Shown piece after piece: positions 62,629 through 64,000 of a DNA stretch of 64,000 bases; positions within the stretch are counted from its first letter, which is position 1, and every line of letters starts with the position of its first letter. Below the pieces are notes generated by a model. That model saw only the letters and a list, made by a program, of their open reading frames with translations, had not been told where the DNA came from and made no database searches. The position numbers were made by a program, and so were the translations under genes. The stretch comes from Oculina patagonica (taxonomy: Eukaryota), in NCBI RefSeq assembly GCF_052425735.1, contig NC_135760.1, positions 27,218,001 through 27,282,000 on the forward strand. The letters are read 5' to 3'.

Positions 62629-63581
62629 AAGGTACTCTCCCATAAACCTAAAGAAACAACTCCTCTCTCATTATTGTCGTCCTTATTTACTACAGAGAAG
62701 TAACCACATGTCCTCTTAGAGGGCTTTTATTTCAATATGGCATCTTTATACTAATGTGCATAATTTATGTATGTTCACCTCAAGCATATAAACGCCAGCA
62801 CTTCTTTAACATAAGGAATAGGTTGTCTGCCTTGGGTATTCCATGTTGAAATCATTGATGAGTGCGTACTTAGTAATTTCTCTGCACAGGATCTCAAACA
62901 TGCCAATTGTTGTTCAAAAATGACTGCGAAATTCACTTGTTGCATAGGTAGAAACTTATTCTGTTTAAATCGCATTTCTTAGAAAAACCGACAGCACTAA
63001 ACAGCATCTGTCTGCCCAGTTTGTTTTTTACCTCAAAATATACAGTTATACATCAACAGAAAAAGCACTACATTTTGCGCTTGATCAAGTGAGCAGGAAG
63101 GAACACCTGGTAGCATAAGGGTATGCGAAATCTCATCGGGCTGGACGTTCTATTCGAAAATTTGCTCATACCGTCACAACGACCACATTTTTGTTACAAA
63201 TAGTAGACACCCCAAATTTTAAATGGTAAACGCCTTCCGCCTTGGTTGGCTTGCTAATTTTGGGGAAAAAAAACCTTACCATTATTCACTGGTCATCCCA
63301 ACCAGTTCTTTCCAACCAATAAATGGTAAGCACCCCAGGTATTTGGTTCAAGTTTTGACTGGTTTAATGGATTGTCTATGTCTTTTGTGATTTCGCCAGA
63401 ATAATTACTTTGGTTTTAAGACACTCAATTGAAAACCACTCAATCAGTTTACACGTGTATCAATGTGACAAGCACTCATAAAGTAAATTTTCAATAATAA
63501 AAGAAAATACTTACATTGGCAAAATTAATTGTTTGTAGTGGTGGACTTGCACTGGAGCCTGGTCTGTAATTCCTTTGACCC
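44233..63581 (-). CDS. ATXN2: Ataxin-2 family protein (Lsm, LsmAD, PAM2, Q/P-rich tail); 5' exon(s) beyond window
   Basis: 22 phase-consistent GT-AG exons: 63515-63581, 60694-60762, 59748-59819, 56077-56142, 55839-55956, 55462-55535, 54914-54976, 53728-53816, 53245-53317, 52106-52271, 51320-51387, 50750-50927, 50276-50304, 49272-49374, 48553-48622, 47791-47848, 46735-46903, 46451-46647, 45836-45877, 45602-45677, 45110-45367, 44233-44261. Lsm VRNGDIYEGILKAVSPK; LsmAD NGWSADEMFKTNQEKFGVTSTY..AREIE..EEEAFAAVVR; PAM2 SKLNPNAKEF. Confidence 0.94.
47148..47195. repeat. (TTA)n microsatellite
   Basis: Directly visible. Confidence 0.95.
47618..47666. repeat. (CTTA)n microsatellite after AATAAA
   Basis: Directly visible. 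Confidence 0.95.
49456..49872. mobile_element. CCGTA-type MITE
   Basis: TA|CCGTAATGATTCGATT ... AATCGATTCATTACGG|TA; AATAAGCGCCC repeats. Confidence 0.88.
50353..50580 (+). mobile_element. Decayed tRNA-derived SINE; small TAGTCTCC MITE follows at 50582-50639 (sister copy ~31618-31682)
   Basis: TTGAGCAAGACACT...CAGCTGTATAAATGAGTACC resembles a conserved SINE core. The MITE has TIR TAGTCTCCTTTGCAGCC. Confidence 0.55.
52447..53012. mobile_element. Decayed Crypton-like element
   Basis: Hairpin ATATCATGATTTGTCAGTG...CACTGACAAATCATGATAT with loop CCTCAGCCTTAGGCTTCAGCC, preceded by GATCAAATGATAAAA. The left end is uncertain. Confidence 0.55.
56189..59554 (-). mobile_element. 3.37-kb DNA transposon, AcademH-like, with decayed RecQ-type helicase remnants
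   Basis: 34-bp TIR TAGCCTGTGTACAGCCGTCCTGCTCCACTCAAAA (2 mismatches); 9-bp TSD AACATACAA at 56180-56188 and 59555-59563. The boundaries are certain; the helicase reading is an inference. Confidence 0.85.
58962..59293 (+). mobile_element. tRNA-derived SINE-like element with ~74-bp terminal direct repeats
   Basis: Direct repeats at 58962-59035 and 59219-59293. tRNA-like segment 59167-59244 has A-box TAGCTCAGTTGG and B-box GGTTCGATTCC. Confidence 0.8.
59600..59698. repeat. ~45-bp-arm hairpin (possible Penelope-like end fragment)
   Basis: AGGTGAGAGTTGTTCTGAAAAGAACTGTTG is perfectly inverted across a short loop. Confidence 0.7.
60804..61001. mobile_element. Crypton-like hairpin fragment
   Basis: ATCACAGATGACATCAAAATGTG / CACATTTTGACATCTTCTGTGAT arms; loop CACGAGCTGCTAGGCAAGTG. 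Confidence 0.55.
61392..62625. mobile_element. Crypton-like IR + hairpin element, 1.2 kb
   Basis: IR TTATCATATGACC (61392) / GGTCATATGATAA (62463-62475), then a 140-bp hairpin at 62480-62620 with loop GACCTCGCTGCGCTCGGTC. Confidence 0.72.
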
Positions 63582-64000
63582 CTGAAGAAAATCAAATCAA
63601 GAGGGTGAAGATCATTTAGCTGCTTGATCATTCTTGGTAATGAAGACTTTAAACATTATAAGTGGTAAAAAATAATAGTAAATGACAGAAGTTAAGCTGT
63701 CATCCGGGTTTACACTCTTCAACAAGCGTTCTTTTTTACTAATTGATCTTGAACATATTATGACATTTAAAAATATAACCTGTAGCATCGAAAAGTACCG
63801 GAAATACCAGTGTTGAGCGCAAAAGAACAATAATTGTATGATCGCCCAATTCAAGTACCCAAGACGAGTATGATATAAGCTGAATAGAATTCACAGATAC
63901 ATTTCCAGTTGTGTTCGCATAATTCAGTTCTTCATTTTCAACACTGAACTTTTCAAACTATTTTTACACAATATTATAAGCTTAAGCCCGAGTGTAAAAG

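Overview
AT-rich, intron-rich animal genomic DNA. The repeat families and gene style suggest an anthozoan, probably a stony coral; this is an inference and was not searched. Six protein-coding genes can be read. They are the 5' part of clathrin heavy chain (minus, 15 exons, running off the left edge), a complete SET1/COMPASS H3K4 methyltransferase head-to-head with it (plus, 12 coding exons, ~1953 aa), citramalyl-CoA lyase CLYBL (plus, 7 exons), two class A GPCRs with intronless CDSs, and most of ataxin-2 (minus, 22 exons, 5' end beyond the right edge). SETD1 has a U12-type AT-AC intron and probably a GC-AG intron. Introns and intergenic DNA hold many non-autonomous DNA transposons, often nested, plus an RTE LINE stub and SINE-like repeats. 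The most notable items are a 3.4-kb TIR element with 9-bp TSD carrying colinear traces of a decayed RecQ-like helicase (AcademH-like), at least five unrelated 'hairpin + inverted repeat' Crypton-like elements, extra DPR motifs in the SETD1 disordered region, and a putative ancient SETD1-ATXN2-CLTC linkage. All coordinates were counted by hand; no database searches were run.
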